This document shows, piece after piece, positions 13,249 through 39,293 of a stretch of DNA of 64,000 nucleotides. The notes beneath the pieces were generated by a model. It did not search any database. It was not told where the DNA came from and saw nothing but the letters and a program-made list of their open reading frames with translations. The stretch comes from Paraspadella gotoi (lineage: Eukaryota > Animalia > Chaetognatha). Every line of letters begins with the position of its first letter. The first letter of the stretch is position 1. The stretch spans positions 27,668,989 to 27,732,988 of the forward strand of contig CM119265.1 in assembly GCA_051294375.1 (NCBI GenBank), given 5' to 3'. The position numbers and the translations under genes were made by a program.

Positions 13249-13700
13249 GGAAGAAGATGACGACGATGACGACGATGAGGAATACAATGACAAAAACAAT
13301 GAAGAAGAAGATGATGATGATGACAATGATGATGACGACGATGAATACAATGACAAAAACAATGAAGATGATGACGAGGATGATGACGACGATGACGATG
13401 AGGAATACAATGACAAAAACAATGAAGAAGAAGATGATGATGATGACAATGATGATGACGACGATGAATACAATGACAAAAACAGTGAAGATGATGACGA
13501 TGATGATGACGACGATGAAGACGATGATGACTACAATGAAGATGAAGATGATGATGATGACTACAATGACAAAAACAATTAAAAAGAAGATGAAGACGAT
13601 GATGAAGACGATGAGAATGAAGATGTTGACGACAATGATGACGACGACGACGATTTCGATGACAGCGACGACGATAATGACGACGAAGACGAAAATTTTA
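13245..13700 (+). repeat. GAT/GAC-rich compound tandem repeat (unit about 57-63 bp) directly after the stop codon of the lectin gene
   Basis: Repeated GAATACAATGACAAAAACAATGAAGA separated by (GAT/GAC)n. Confidence 0.85.
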
Positions 13701-14682
13701 ATCTCATTCAAAGAAATGATGATTTTATCTTTTGTTATACGTTCGTTTTTGATTCGGATAATCGTAATAAAAAATGTATTTTATTTAAAAACTTTAGAAT
13801 TTTTAAAAATTACAGACATGTTAAAAAAAAAGCGCCACTTTATTTCATCCTTTAAAAGAAGGGATGGCTGGATAACTGGATTGACCAAGATTCCTAAATT
13901 TAAAAGCTATTTAAAGACAAAACGAATGACAGTTCAATGATTCTGAAACTGTTAGATGTTAGATGTTAGATGTTAGATTGATGGAGGCCTCAAACCACCA
14001 AAAACTGTCCAAAGTCAATTTTCTTATTGGCTGTACCCATTTGATACGAATTTCTCACTATTTTATACAACTCAATCATTTTTATTTATTTTTTGCTTGA
14101 TCGTCTTTATCATTGTTTACCAACGAGTCAGCGAGAACATCTATCGAAGAAAAAAAAAGAAAAATCCCTTTTGTTTATTTTGACTCGCGGAGGCGAATCG
14201 AGGAAAAACAAAACGTCAATCGGCTGTTGATGGGGCCAGCGCCTCTGGCGGAGGTCTTTGGAACTGGAGGAGAATTGGGGGGGGGGGTTGCGGAGAAGGG
14301 AAAGAGAAAGAAAGGGAAAGAGAAAGAAAGTGAAATGAGGGAAAGAGAAAAAGTGGAAAAAGGAAATAAAATATATGCAAAAAAATTGAAGAAGAAGAAG
14401 AAATAAAGTGATTCACGATTTTAAAGTAAAAAAAAAAAAAAAAAAAAAATTAAATGTCGTCAAAACGCGGGAAGCGATCGAATCGTCTTTCAAGATTAAA
14501 AATTAACATTTGAATTATCGACTCTGAAATAAGCCTGTTTGTCTCTCTCTCTCTCTCTCTGTCCTCTCTTTTCTTTTATCTCTCTCTCTCTGAGCGACGA
14601 CACCAACAAAAAAGAAATATAAACCTTTCTTAATTCTCTAAAAATCTAGAATTAAGGAAAACAATATTTTTATTAAAACTAA

Positions 14683-14715
14683 TGTTTCGACTTTGGTTTT
14701 AGCCTTCATCAGCGC
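14683..14715 (-). ncRNA. Degenerate minimal hammerhead-ribozyme-like motif (Penelope-type)
   Basis: Reverse complement GCG CTGATGA A GGCT aaaaccaa AGTC GAAAC; same family as 41461-41495, but the cleavage triplet is not intact. Confidence 0.45.
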
Positions 14716-14776
14716 AAATTGACAAATTTGACTTAGATATTGAAAAAAATATGTGTGTGAAAGAGAGAAAAGAGAG

Positions 14777-14903
<127 letters not shown>

Positions 14904-17103
14904 GATCAACATCAACGCAAAAAAAATCTCATGGCGAATTTTAAAAGACAAGCGTGAAGGAAGATTAACTCGTAACCGACTCATTAGCCCCCACTCCATC
15001 ATCCCATCACCCCATCACCCCATCACCTCTACCTTCTGCCCCCCCTCGCTCGATAAACGATGAAAACTCATTTCTTACCTTCACAACATCAATTCACTTT
15101 ATCGGGATTTAAACATCACTTTGTTTAACTTCATCTAACAACATCAGCGACTTAATGTATAAAGATACTACAGATAAAAAAAAATACATCACCAAGAAAC
15201 CACAACTAAAACAGTCTTATCTACTAAAATAAAAAAAAAACCTCTACGAATGTCTTTATACTAATTCATTGTAATGAATGATTAACTAAGTAAATACTAA
15301 TTCAATAACACAATAAATGATTAATTAAGTAAATACTATTTTGTTATCATAATAAATGATTAATTAGGTAAATACTAATTCAATATCATAATAAATGAAT
15401 AAATAAATAAAACCCTTTTCTAGTCCCAGGTCTGCGATCGCGAAGTAAAAAGACTTCGTCAAAAACTTGATCGCCTAATCATCTTTATCATCATCATCAT
15501 CATCGTCGTCGTCGTCGTCGTCGTCGGCGTCGTCAGGTGAAATGAACAGGACGAGCGAGGAAAAGAGTTTAAAGAGAGATGGCGGGAAAGGGGAAGGAAG
15601 GGGGCGGGAGGCGGCGGGAGGCGGCGGGAGGCGGCGGCGGGAGAGGGAGGAAGGGGAAACGAATATGACAGAGGAGATGATATTAAATCGATGAAAAGGA
15701 AAAAAGAAAGAAAGAAGGAAAGAGAAATAAAAAGATTTAAAGAAAGAAAAAATATAGAAACAAAAATGAAACATGAAAAAAATACTCAGTTTGTTACTTT
15801 AATAAAATTAAAAAAGTATATTTTGAAAAAAAGAAAAAAACGAAAAGAAGGAAAGACACAAAGAAAGAAGGGCATAAAATACGAAACGAAAAAGAAATGG
15901 TGAAAGAAAAAAAATTACGACTAAGATAATCGAAAGTATTCACGAGGTTAAAAAGTCTCGCGACGACGATAGAGTCAAATGAATTCGTTTCACGCGATGT
16001 GAATCGATATCACGTGATCAAAAAAGACGAATTTAATAAAATCTCGATTAAAATATTGATTTACTTACGTTTTGATTACTGAGTTTAACCAAGTCAGTAG
16101 AATGCCGTGACATAAATAACAAAATTAAATGATGACAGTCACGTAAACACATCAGACAGAAAAGACTGCGATACAACCAAATCGAAAAAGGTAAGTATTT
16201 GGCTGTGAGATGATTCACCAAGGCTACAGTGTGATAAAAAGTGATAATGATGATCATCATGATAGTTTTTTTTTTACGACGGTTTTTCTTTTTATGCAGC
16301 AAAAAACAAGAAAGAGCAATTTCCGATCATCACGTGATTAGAGATGCGTGAAATATATTCCCCCTCCTCTTCCCCTCCTCTTCCACTTCCTCTTTCCTCT
16401 CTTCTTCTCTCTCCTCTTCCCCTTTCTCTTCCCCTTCTTCTTTCCCCTACTCTTCCCCCTCCTCTTCCCCATTCCTTTCCTCTTCCCCTTCTCTTTCTCT
16501 TCCCCCTTCTCTTCTACTTCCTTTTCCCCTCCTCTTCCCCCTCCTCTTCCCCTTCCTCTTCCCTCTCATCTTCCCCTTCCTCTTTCGTTTCTCATTGGAT
16601 CATCGAAAATACGCGATTTAGACGATAGTATCTTTTTCTGTAACGAATTTGACTTTCTTATCTCGTTTCATTTAACATAGTTTTTAACAGACCAATATAT
16701 AGTCGCGAGTGTCGCCGTGAACATCGCGTCGGAAACCGTCTTTTCTCCCCTCTGGCGGACAGACTTCGAACTCGAAAATATATTCAAATTTCTTTTTTTT
16801 TCCGGCTTCGCGAAGATAAAACCGATGATAAAACGGGAATAAAACGTCGATAAAAAACAGTGAAATGGTGTGAATTTCACTTTTTTCTTTTTTTCTTTTT
16901 TCTTTTCTAACCCTCGTTTTGTGGTTATTTTCTTTTTTTCTGTTTTTCCCTCTCTTTTAAGTTCACGGTGGGAGAATAGAAGGGGGGGAGAGAGGAAGGA
17001 GAGAGAATTGGAGGAAGATAAATGGTTGATAGAAGGGAAAAGAAAATTTGGTGGAAATGTGGAGGACAAGTGTGGATTTAGCTAAATGGACAGAGAAGGG
17101 GTA

Positions 17104-20100
17104 CAGTAACTTTTCTCTAGACTCCACGAAGTTCAGGGCTCTCATAACTCTCGAAATATGGGCTAAAATTTCTTTATATTCGAGGATCGGATGCGGGAAT
17201 GATTGCTTTATTGCCCACCTGACGGATTTTAAGAAATTTCAAAATTTTGCGCTCCAAGCCATAAATTTTTTAAAAATTATTTCTCATCTAGTCTTAAAAG
17301 TACTAGCCCAAAATAATTTAAATTTTTATTGAAAGTCGTCCTAAGTTAGAGCTATAAAATGACGTAAAAAAAATTAAAACATTATTTATATTTTTTATGT
17401 TATTTTGAAGAGTTGTAAAAAAGCTATGATACCATTGTTCCTATAAACAGAGTTCAATTTGAAAAATTTTGGATACAAACAGTTCTCTCTTGAGAGACTG
17501 TTGTAAGATTACTTTATCATTTAAAAAAAAATTATTTAACTAATTAAAATCTTTTGATAATTTGTCAAAAAAAAAAGAAATCTAAAAATATATGTTTAAA
17601 TATAAATTGTCTTAGTACATCCAAAAGTTGAAGCTATACTGATTCTAAATATACTTTCACATTTAAAAAATATTTTTTACAACCAGAGATATTCATTTAC
17701 AAAGTGACAAAAAATTGTAAAAATCAACCTTTTTTTAAAGCTTAATAAAAACTGATGTAATGAATATTATTCAATGAAATTTTGTATTCTTATCCAAATA
17801 ACCAACAACTTTAAGACAACCAAAACTTGCAACTGCTCACTTTCCCCCCAAAAAAATATACATTGAAAAAGATAGATTTTTAAATTTTAAATCTATTTTT
17901 TTTAACATTTAATGAATTTTGATCGTAATTACTTAAAAAAACTCATAATAGATCTGTCAGTTCCTGGGGTAATATATTTACTCAATAAGTATTCATTCTG
18001 TCGAGATCCAGTTAGAATTAATAAAAAATAGGCTAATGATTGGGCAAAAAAATATGGTACGTAAATTTTGGAAGAAAATGATTGAATTTATTTAATCTTT
18101 TATGTTCACCATAAGATAGCCCCTTTTGAGAGTTTTCTTTGAAGAGACAGTAATTATTGATAAGTGATAATGACAGAACCGTTCAATATAAGCAGTCCCT
18201 GAGCTTCGGATCAGGCTGTAACACCAAGTTACAGGCGGGTTAAGCGCCCCGTCCCTCTTAACTGCCAGACGACCACCGGGCTAGAACCCCGGACCTTTGG
18301 GTTGGGAGGTGAATGACTTGCCTCCGGCACCAATGGCCGCTGATGAACGGTTGGTGGATTTTAGTCCACCATATCTTGTTTCAAACGTCCGCCTCGGCGA
18401 AGACAAAAAGCAGGACTCTGTTATGCGACTTACCAGCAGGTAAGGTCGACTGTCTTGAAAATAATCTGACAAAGACAATAAGACCAAAATATAATTTAAG
18501 CGATTCCCCAGTTGATGTCGTCTAAGTCTGAAAGAGTAATAAAGATAGTGAGTGAGAGATTTATGGAGAGAAAAAAAGAATGAATGAGAGATTGATGGGC
18601 AGAAAGAATGATTGATTGAGAGATTGACTGAGAGAAAGAAACATTGATTGAGAGATTTAATGAGAGAAAGAAAGATTGATTGAGAGATTGATGGAGAAAA
18701 GGAAAGATTGATTGAGAGAAAGAAAATAATAATAATATGGCTACGAATACTGAATAGTCAAACCAGGCATAAATTATACCATGTACAAGGGCGAAGAAAT
18801 CGAAATGAAGTTATTTTGTTTCAGTTATAAATGGTTATTTTGTCAAGTGATTATATTTTTTAGGAAACAGATGGACATTGTTTTATTTCGTTTGTTTCGT
18901 TGCGAAGGTAGCATTAAAGGAAAAAGTGTTTATTTTTGTTTCAGACATTAAATTCGTTGTCTGAAACAAAAATAAAAACTTAATATTAATAATAATAACA
19001 ATATTAATAATAATAATATTAATAATAATAATAATAATATTAATAATAAGCGCATCCAAACAGTGAAGTTCACTGCGATGTAAACATCGTTTAAAAATTG
19101 CCCTTACCTTAATTTGTCGTTATCATTTTCAAAATGTACAAAAAAGATTTTAGTTGGCAGCCCTCCTCGAAACGGCGATTTGCCGCGCCGGAGAAGAAAG
19201 ACGATATACATCTCAGGCGACGCTCAATTCAGGAAATATCTTCTCCAGCTCCATCTTCATCAGAAGCGAAAACGCCGACACCGGAATCGTTCTCAACGCC
19301 ATCAACGTCAACGTCAAGCTTGCCGCATGCAGCCTTGGGTTCAACATCCACTCACTCAATCGCTAACTCACTTACTTAGTCACTTACTCTCTCACTCACT
19401 CTATTATTTTTTACTGATATCTTTGTCTTTGTCTTTAACCCACTGTCCAGTAAATATTGACACGACGCAATATTTTCACCACACAAAAAATTAATTTTCT
19501 CAATCTGAAACTTATTGCGTTAACACTGCACATTTTGGTTAATAACTTTGAAACTAATTGAAATTTTTAAAATATGTTTTTTTTAGGTTAAAGTTAAGAT
19601 GTTGTTAAATTAGAGATTAAAAGTTCAATTAATAAGTTTTAGGTGGCTAGTTTTTATAAGTGATTGAAAATGATGTTATTTTAGGTGTTTTTGACAGTTA
19701 TTGGGTCATATTACTCAAAGTTAATTTTTAAAAGTCTATATATATATATATATATATTTGGAATCAGCTTGATCTCCTCTTTGCCTTGGGACAGAAAAAT
19801 TTAATATAGACTGCATATCTCAAAAAATGACAAAATGTTTTAATCTTGTAATCCAAGTTTTTCTAATGTGGTAATATTTTTTATTTTATTTTGGGTTGTC
19901 TTAGGTTAAATCGCACGTTTTACAATATTTTAAAATCATCACGTAATTTGATTTATTATTTTTGACTATTTTAGTGAAAAAAGTTTTAAACTCATTTTTA
20001 TGTGATAACTCCTATGTTTTTTTAAATACCTCCCTGAAATTACATCAATATGTGCGGGCATGTTAGTCGATTATATGGACCAAAAATAAAACAAATTAAA

Positions 20101-20303
20101 AAAGAAATAGCTGTTTTACAAGCAAAACAAAATAAAAAATAAATCAAGACCTCAGCGCAAAATTTTTGAATTGATTATTTTCCATCAGGTGGGCAATAGA
20201 GCAAATTTTCCTTCATCTTTTTACGAAATCTTAGCTCATTATAACGATAACTTTATGAGTTATTCATTCCCTGAACTTCGTGGAGTCTAGAAAAAAGGTA
20301 CTG
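17104..20303. mobile_element. About 3.2-kb non-autonomous Tc1/mariner-type element with TIRs of about 170 bp and a TA target-site duplication
   Basis: Left TA|CAGTAACTTTTCTCTAGACTCCACGAAGTTCAGGG...ATTGCCCACCTGA; right TCAGGTGGGCAAT...CCCTGAACTTCGTGGAGTCTAGAAAAAAGGTACTG|TA; no transposase ORF seen inside. Confidence 0.7.
18141..18374. mobile_element. Repeat family A, copy 3, nested in the 17104-20303 TIR element
   Basis: Aligns by eye with 1011-1244. Confidence 0.8.
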
Positions 20304-23300
20304 TAGGCTGTGAGAACGTTTTGTAAAATATTGTATTTCCCAGATCTAGTAATTGTCATTATCTTGTAAGAGTGATGGAGGCCTTAAACCACAAAAGCCT
20401 GTCCAAAGTCAGGGGCAAGATAGCTTATCTATTAAATGATGGATAATGTTGCCTCTGCTTACAATCCTCGCATTCAGATAAAAAACTAGTTTTTCAGTAT
20501 TGTTCAGTTACTATTAACAAAATAAATTTAAATTGCCCCATAATATAAATTAGGCCAAAATACGGATTAGTTAAAACCATCTCCAGCTATTTCTAATCAT
20601 ATAAGAGTAACATTTTTGCAACTTTTAGGAAAAAAAATCATGTCCATTTTTGTCCATTTTCACTTTCGTCTTCAAATTGAATGCCAAGGAAAGTTGAGAA
20701 AATTTTTTTTATTTTGGAATTCCTTTCTTCCTTATCTTCTTCACCCCTGAGTAAAATATTTTCCTTATATCATTCATAGTTCACTTATGAATTAATTTTA
20801 AAGTTGACAAGTCAAAAAGTCGCAGTTTTAGTTTTTATTATAATTTATTAAACAAAAATAGTTTAAATTGGCTTAAACTAACAGCAAATATAGCCCACAG
20901 AATAAGCTTTTAACACCTACAAAATTATCAAAAAAACTCATTTCGTTTAGCCATAGATAATTTTTAAAGACGACAATTAATTTGTGACTTTTTGTGACTT
21001 GCATTTATTTTTAATAAAGATAAGATTTTAAATTTATTTATAGTTTTAACAGTTGAGGAACATACTGACGTTAATAAAACAAAAAAAACCGCATCGTTTT
21101 AAACCAATGGAAAGCGTCAGGACTTGTTTTTTCTCAGAATCGACAGATTTTGCGGAAATATTTTCCGCAAAATCTGTCGATTTACTAAATTTGCCAGCAA
21201 CCAAAATTGAAAGAAAAATCATGAGATACCGTAAATTTCTTTTCTTATAATGGATATTAAGAAATTTCTTTGATTTGCTCAATGTAAATGCAGAAAAGTA
21301 GTGGGAGGGAACAGGAAAGGGAGAACAAGAAAAGGAGAAGGGAGAATGAGAGAGAAAGGGGGGAAAGCATAAAAAAGAAGGCAAAGGAGAAAAAAAATAA
21401 GGAGATAAAGAAAGGCGGAAAAAGAAAGGAAAAATGGAAATAAAAAGGGGAAAAGAGGGGAAAAGAAAGAGAAGGAGAGAAGGCGTTAAAAAAGGATAAG
21501 GAAAGTCAAATAGTGGCAGAGAAAGTAGGGTCATAGAAAAGGTAAGTTACGGCGTGAAAAGTAGGGGAGGAAAGAGGAAGATAAAAATAGAAACACAGAG
21601 AAGAAAAGAGATGAAGAAAGAGAATCAGGGAAACAGTATGAAAGGAAAAAAAAAATGTATCAGATAATGTGGCATCTTGTCTGAAAGTTTTGTGTAAATA
21701 AAAGCCACAAAAATTAAAAAGAGGAATTTGATCTTTAAAAGTTGTTGGTACCATAAAAATTCATTCATACTTTCATCTCAAATTAGGTTGTTAATGAGAT
21801 TAGATTGATAATCTCCGAAGAAATCATGTCTTACCGTATTTTTAACTCATAGAAATTTAACTGAACAGTACTAGGTAATAAGAATGAGATAACACATAGC
21901 AAACCGTTTTTTTAAATAAAGAAAACTTCATACTAATCACTGAGATCAAAAGAGATGGTAATTATTTAAGTTCAGAAATCGTTATCTAAAGGACGTCGAT
22001 CGTACGTGGAGCCTGTTATATCGATTTTATCAATTTCATAAGTAAGTACATTGAGTGGAGTTGTGAAGGCTGAAATCATCCAGTAGCGAGCAGTGGATAC
22101 TGGATAGCGGTCTGAGGGCTCTGGGCCTTGGGCCTTGGGCTGTGGCGAGGCTAAGAAGAGTGAGGTAAACATGTAAACTTGTAAACATGTAAAGTGGATC
22201 TTAGAGGCAGAAACGCTTTGACTTCGAAGTCGAGAATTTTCGACCTCAGATTTCGAGTGCAGAGAAAATTCATCATTTTGAGCTGAAGTTGAATGAAAGA
22301 TTTAAAATAAAAAAGGTCGTTGGATGATCCTTTGTTTTTTTGGGGGGCGAAACACGTCGGGCTTTAAGTTTATTTAGGATGATTCTAACATTTATTTTAG
22401 TTTTTTTTTTTTTTTGAACGTCCTGTTCATTAGTTTTATATTATTTTATACGCTACTCTATTCGTCGTGGTTTGAATTAGATTAAATTTTAACTACATTA
22501 ATAATTAAATTGTAAAATCGATATTTAACATTATTTAAAATTAGTTTTCTTTCGCGATCGTTTTTTTTAAACCAAACGTGATGATCGAATGAATTCATCT
22601 TTGATCTTTTTTTTTTATTCGTTGAATTCACGACGGAAGATTAAAAAATATTAATCAGTTGAAACAAAATTAAAAGTTAATAAATTAAGATCGATTTATA
22701 TTTTTTTAAAAACATTTTACAACCAAATTTTTTTTATTGCGTAAAAAAAATATGATTTAAATTTATGAACGAAAGTTTCATCTTGAAAAAAAGTTTTTTA
22801 TTTTTTTTCCTCTCGCGACTAAAAGTCAACATCAATTTGAGTAAAAGTTTATTTGAGACAAAAAGATAAAAAAAAAAACTAAAAAAAAGAAACAAATGAA
22901 CAAAATGAATTCGATTCAATTTTATTTCCGTATTACCTAAATTCATTTTTTTTCTTATAAAATTTTCGATCTCGTTTTTAATTGTATTTTTATTAAATTA
23001 AAAACAAAACAAATTATAGGGACTTTAATTGTTTGAGTAAAACCCCAACAAAAATCAAACGATCCAAAAGCAAAGTGGCCGCTTGGCGAAGACGTCCTGA
23101 GCCAAGCACTTTCGCTATAACAACAACAACAACAAAACAACAACTGCCAATGAAACTTACCCCGAGACTTACTTCCGCGAATCTCAACATCTTCAACTTC
23201 TCAAAGCGGCAGCTACCCTCATTGATAAGTGATTGTTGAACTGGGCCAATCTCACGCCTCACCTTCGATTGGCTCCGAATCCGACCTTACCCAACCAGCG

Positions 23301-23306
23301 ATCAAG

Positions 23307-24861
23307 ATGCCTTACCTTCCACGAACCTCGGACGCGGAAAGGAAGAGAATCGCTGTGGTGAATCGCGCGCCGGAGGAAACGACTTTCGAGAATCTCAGAG
23401 GTAAGTCAGTCTATCTCCATTTGACGGGTGAGGGATGTTTTCGAGTCTGCAGAATTGTGTGTGTCGAATTTGTAGCCAATTCTGCGGTCGGACTTTCGAT
23501 AATTGTGGTTTGAAATTGTGGTCGACAGATATTTGAGTCCTTTTATTGTAATTGCAAGTAACGGGTCTGTTTGAGTTTTCATCGGCTTTGTTAACCCCAT
23601 AAATTTTAAATCAAGTCTTTATTCATGAATATACTTATTTTTTACCTAACTTACTCTTTTTCAATTCCAGGCATCTGCATGGGCGTTTCGACCTACCGCT
23701 TCCCGATGCACACAGAAGGCCTCAAGTACAACGAAATCGTGCCGGGGCTGTTCCTCGGCGAGGGGCCGCTTAATGTGCCCAAAATGAAGAAACTTGGGGT
23801 CGGTACTGCACTGCACTCTACTGTATTACGCCGTACTGTCCCTGTACTGTCATTATACAGTAGCTTAATTTAGAACGGAAACTAAAGAAAGATGAAAACC
23901 AAAAATGATCTCTCTTAAAAAAAAAACAATAAAAAGTTGATTATGTGTCCAATATTTTTTAAGCTCTTTGTCAAAGACTTTGACTCTTTTAATTTTTAGT
24001 TACTTTTTGAATAAATAAATAACTCGATCTACTTGTAGTTTTTATTATATTTTAAAATCATTTATAATAACTTATTTTCTAGATAACACGGGTTTTGGAA
24101 CTCGGCGCAGTGAAAAACATCCTGGTGACCGACAATTGTCATAATCCTTACAAGGTGAGGCAATAAAGATAAATAAGAGTTGAGAGTAAGTTAAGTAGGT
24201 GAGTTTTAAAAAACTTTCGTGGCTTGAGAAGATGGAATGTGATTTTAACTATTATAAAATTGGTAAAATAAATATAAAAATTACTTAGATGGAGATTAAG
24301 GGCTCCCTACACTCTCACGAGATAATAACAAACTATTAATCAGGACTCTGACAATGTCCAGTTTTTTTTTTAACTCCCGTAGCACCAAATTAGTACAACC
24401 ATTATAACTCTCCAGTCGCCACCTTAAATTTAAAAAGTTCACTCGACCTCAATCACACGTTCATCTCACTTCTCTCAACAACACACTCCACTTTAACTAC
24501 CTTTTAACCCACCTTTTAACCCACCTTTTAACCCACCTTTACCCCCTTAGGACGACGACCTCCGCTACATGTCCCTCAAATTCGCCGACATCGAAACTTC
24601 GAGCATCGATTCTCACTTCGAGGATTGCGCCAAGTTCATCGAGCGCGGACTCAATCAGGGAGGAGTTTACATCTTTTCGCCCAACGGGACTTCGAGGTGA
24701 GAGAGAAATATTACTCTATTAGCTAACGAATAAATAAATTAATAACGAATGCATGAATAAATAAATTTATTAAATAATGAATCGAATAAAAATAAAGTAA
24801 ATGAATAAAAAAAAAACAAATCAAGCAATCAATCAAAAAATAACTCGCTCAGTAATCAATC

Positions 24862-24907
<46 letters not shown>

Positions 24908-25221
24908 TAATCAATCAAACAAACATTCAACTAATCAATCAAACAAACATTCAACTAATCAATCAATTAATCAATCAAATCAATCAAATCAATCAATCAA
25001 ACCCCCTTTTTTTCCCCAGATCGGCTACCATCGTGGCCGCCTTCCTCATGCTTCGTCGCGGCTTGACCGGAGTGGAGGCCCTCCGTTCGATTCACATCCG
25101 TAAACCAGTTAGACCCAATGACGGATTCCTCAATCAACTCGTGAAATTAGATCGAGAAATTAGAAACAGGAGAAGCAAGTTCGCCAGGCGAGTCGATCGG
25201 AGTGTGTAGATTGATTGATTA

Positions 25222-25259
<38 letters not shown>

Positions 25260-26233
25260 AAATCGATTAGTTGATTTTTTCTTTGATTGATGATTTGGAT
25301 TTTTTGGATTGCTTGCTGGGAATTTGTCCGTTAAACAAGCATTGGTATTGGTGCCTTTCAGCCCCGATTGGAATGGATTGAATAACCTCGAGTTTTTTCC
25401 GCCTTGCAGTCACCTCGAGGTGAGTATGGAGTGTCCCTGCGTCAAGACAAAGCCTCTTCATGCTCCGTTCGTTTACTTTCGCGATCCGAAGACTTACTCT
25501 CTCTCGATGTTGGGACGTAACAGACAGAAGGTGAGTTAAAATCCGGGATGATTGAGAGAGACGGCTCTCTTTACCCTTAAATCCATAACCCTTTATACTA
25601 ATTTTTGGTTTAAAAAAATTAACCTAATTTTAAAATTTAAGATAAAATGGGGTGTTCTTGGAAAATGAAACTGAAAAGTCTATCTCGCTATTGCCTTCTT
25701 ACCTCTTTTGTTTTGTCATAAAAAAAACGCAATCTTAGTTTTGTCACTAGTTTTGTCATGACCTTCGATTCATTTGTTTCGGCAGTCATGCCAACTCTGT
25801 TTTGCTATATATGTTTTTCTTTTTCTATTACTATTTGTTATTTTCTGTTTTTTCTATTGCTATTTGTTTTTCTATTTCTGTTTTTAAATTTGTTTTACAT
25901 TCTAACCTAAACTTATTCTTTGCCAGATATAAGTTCACTTAATATTTTAAAACCCGCTTGTGATTTATTGTTTTGTCAATCATAACAATTTAATCATTTT
26001 TCTCCCAATTTGATTCGCCAGTCATACAAACTGACGCTACTTTTTCTTACCCATAAAAAAAATTGCCTCCTTTGTTTCTCCGTGTATGTTAAAACATTTC
26101 CCCCCTCTGTTTTGCCTTTTGTTTTCTCCAGATCGCTCAAAAGATGTACTTCCACAGCGAAGACGCGACCAAGAATCCGATTACCCACACGGAGAGAGGA
26201 ACGGTCAAGCAAATTATTTTTAAAGCCATTTAA
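23307..26233 (+). CDS. Atypical dual-specificity phosphatase-like protein, predicted pseudophosphatase. Exons 23307-23400, 23671-23798, 24083-24154, 24551-24696, 25020-25187, 25410-25530, 26132-26233 (276 aa; a 209-aa form stops at 25209 if the GC donor is not used)
   Basis: Phase-consistent splice sites; DSP motifs YNEIVPGLFLG, KKLGITRVL, FAD..TSSIDSHFEDCAKFI, VYIFSPNGTSRSATIVAAFLM and RPNDGFLNQL. Confidence 0.85.
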
Positions 26234-26904
26234 TCGATACTTAACTGGATAATAACTAATTATTCATTCACTAACGATTAATCTATTATTCCTTTTGATT
26301 TAAAACGCAGTAATTACTAATATTACGAAATGAAATCAAACTTTTTTTACTTCGTGAGTGAAAAGAAATAGATATTTCGTTTCAGCAAAATGTAAATTTA
26401 ATTTTGACATTTAGTTTTAAAATAGTTAGGAAAGTCTAATGTCGAATATTGTTCGACAATGAACTTTCTCTAAGTCTGTGTTGAAAAATTTTGAAAAGGT
26501 TCTCAGTTTTCGAGCGCCATTGATATAAAATATAAAATAAAAATAAGAGATTTAGATTTAGAGATATAAAATAATTTTTATTCTGATAAGTTTAAAATGT
26601 GCTCCTGTACTTTGTTAAGCTTAGGTCAAACTATGATTGCATTTCACCTCACATACGACATTGTTACGACAATGTTAACTATATTAAGTAACTTAAAGTA
26701 ACTATTGCACTTTTGTAAAAATGTTGACCGATTAAAATTTTGAGAAAAAAAGACAGAATGGTGATCTTTTTAAAAAAATTATTCACGTCTAAAAGTCACG
26801 AAGCAATCACAGTCACAGGTGAATTAAAGTTAAAAAGTAAAACTAAAAAAAATATTGAAAAACGAATTATCAACAATTCAGCCCGTCTCTCTCTCTAAAA
26901 CCTC

Positions 26905-26978
<74 letters not shown>

Positions 26979-26997
26979 TCTCTCTTCATTTCCCTCA

Positions 26998-39293
<12,296 letters not shown>

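Noticed and set aside
14216-14270. Possible minus-strand terminal exon after CTCCAG
   Set aside because: Too short, no homology recognised and no upstream coding exon found
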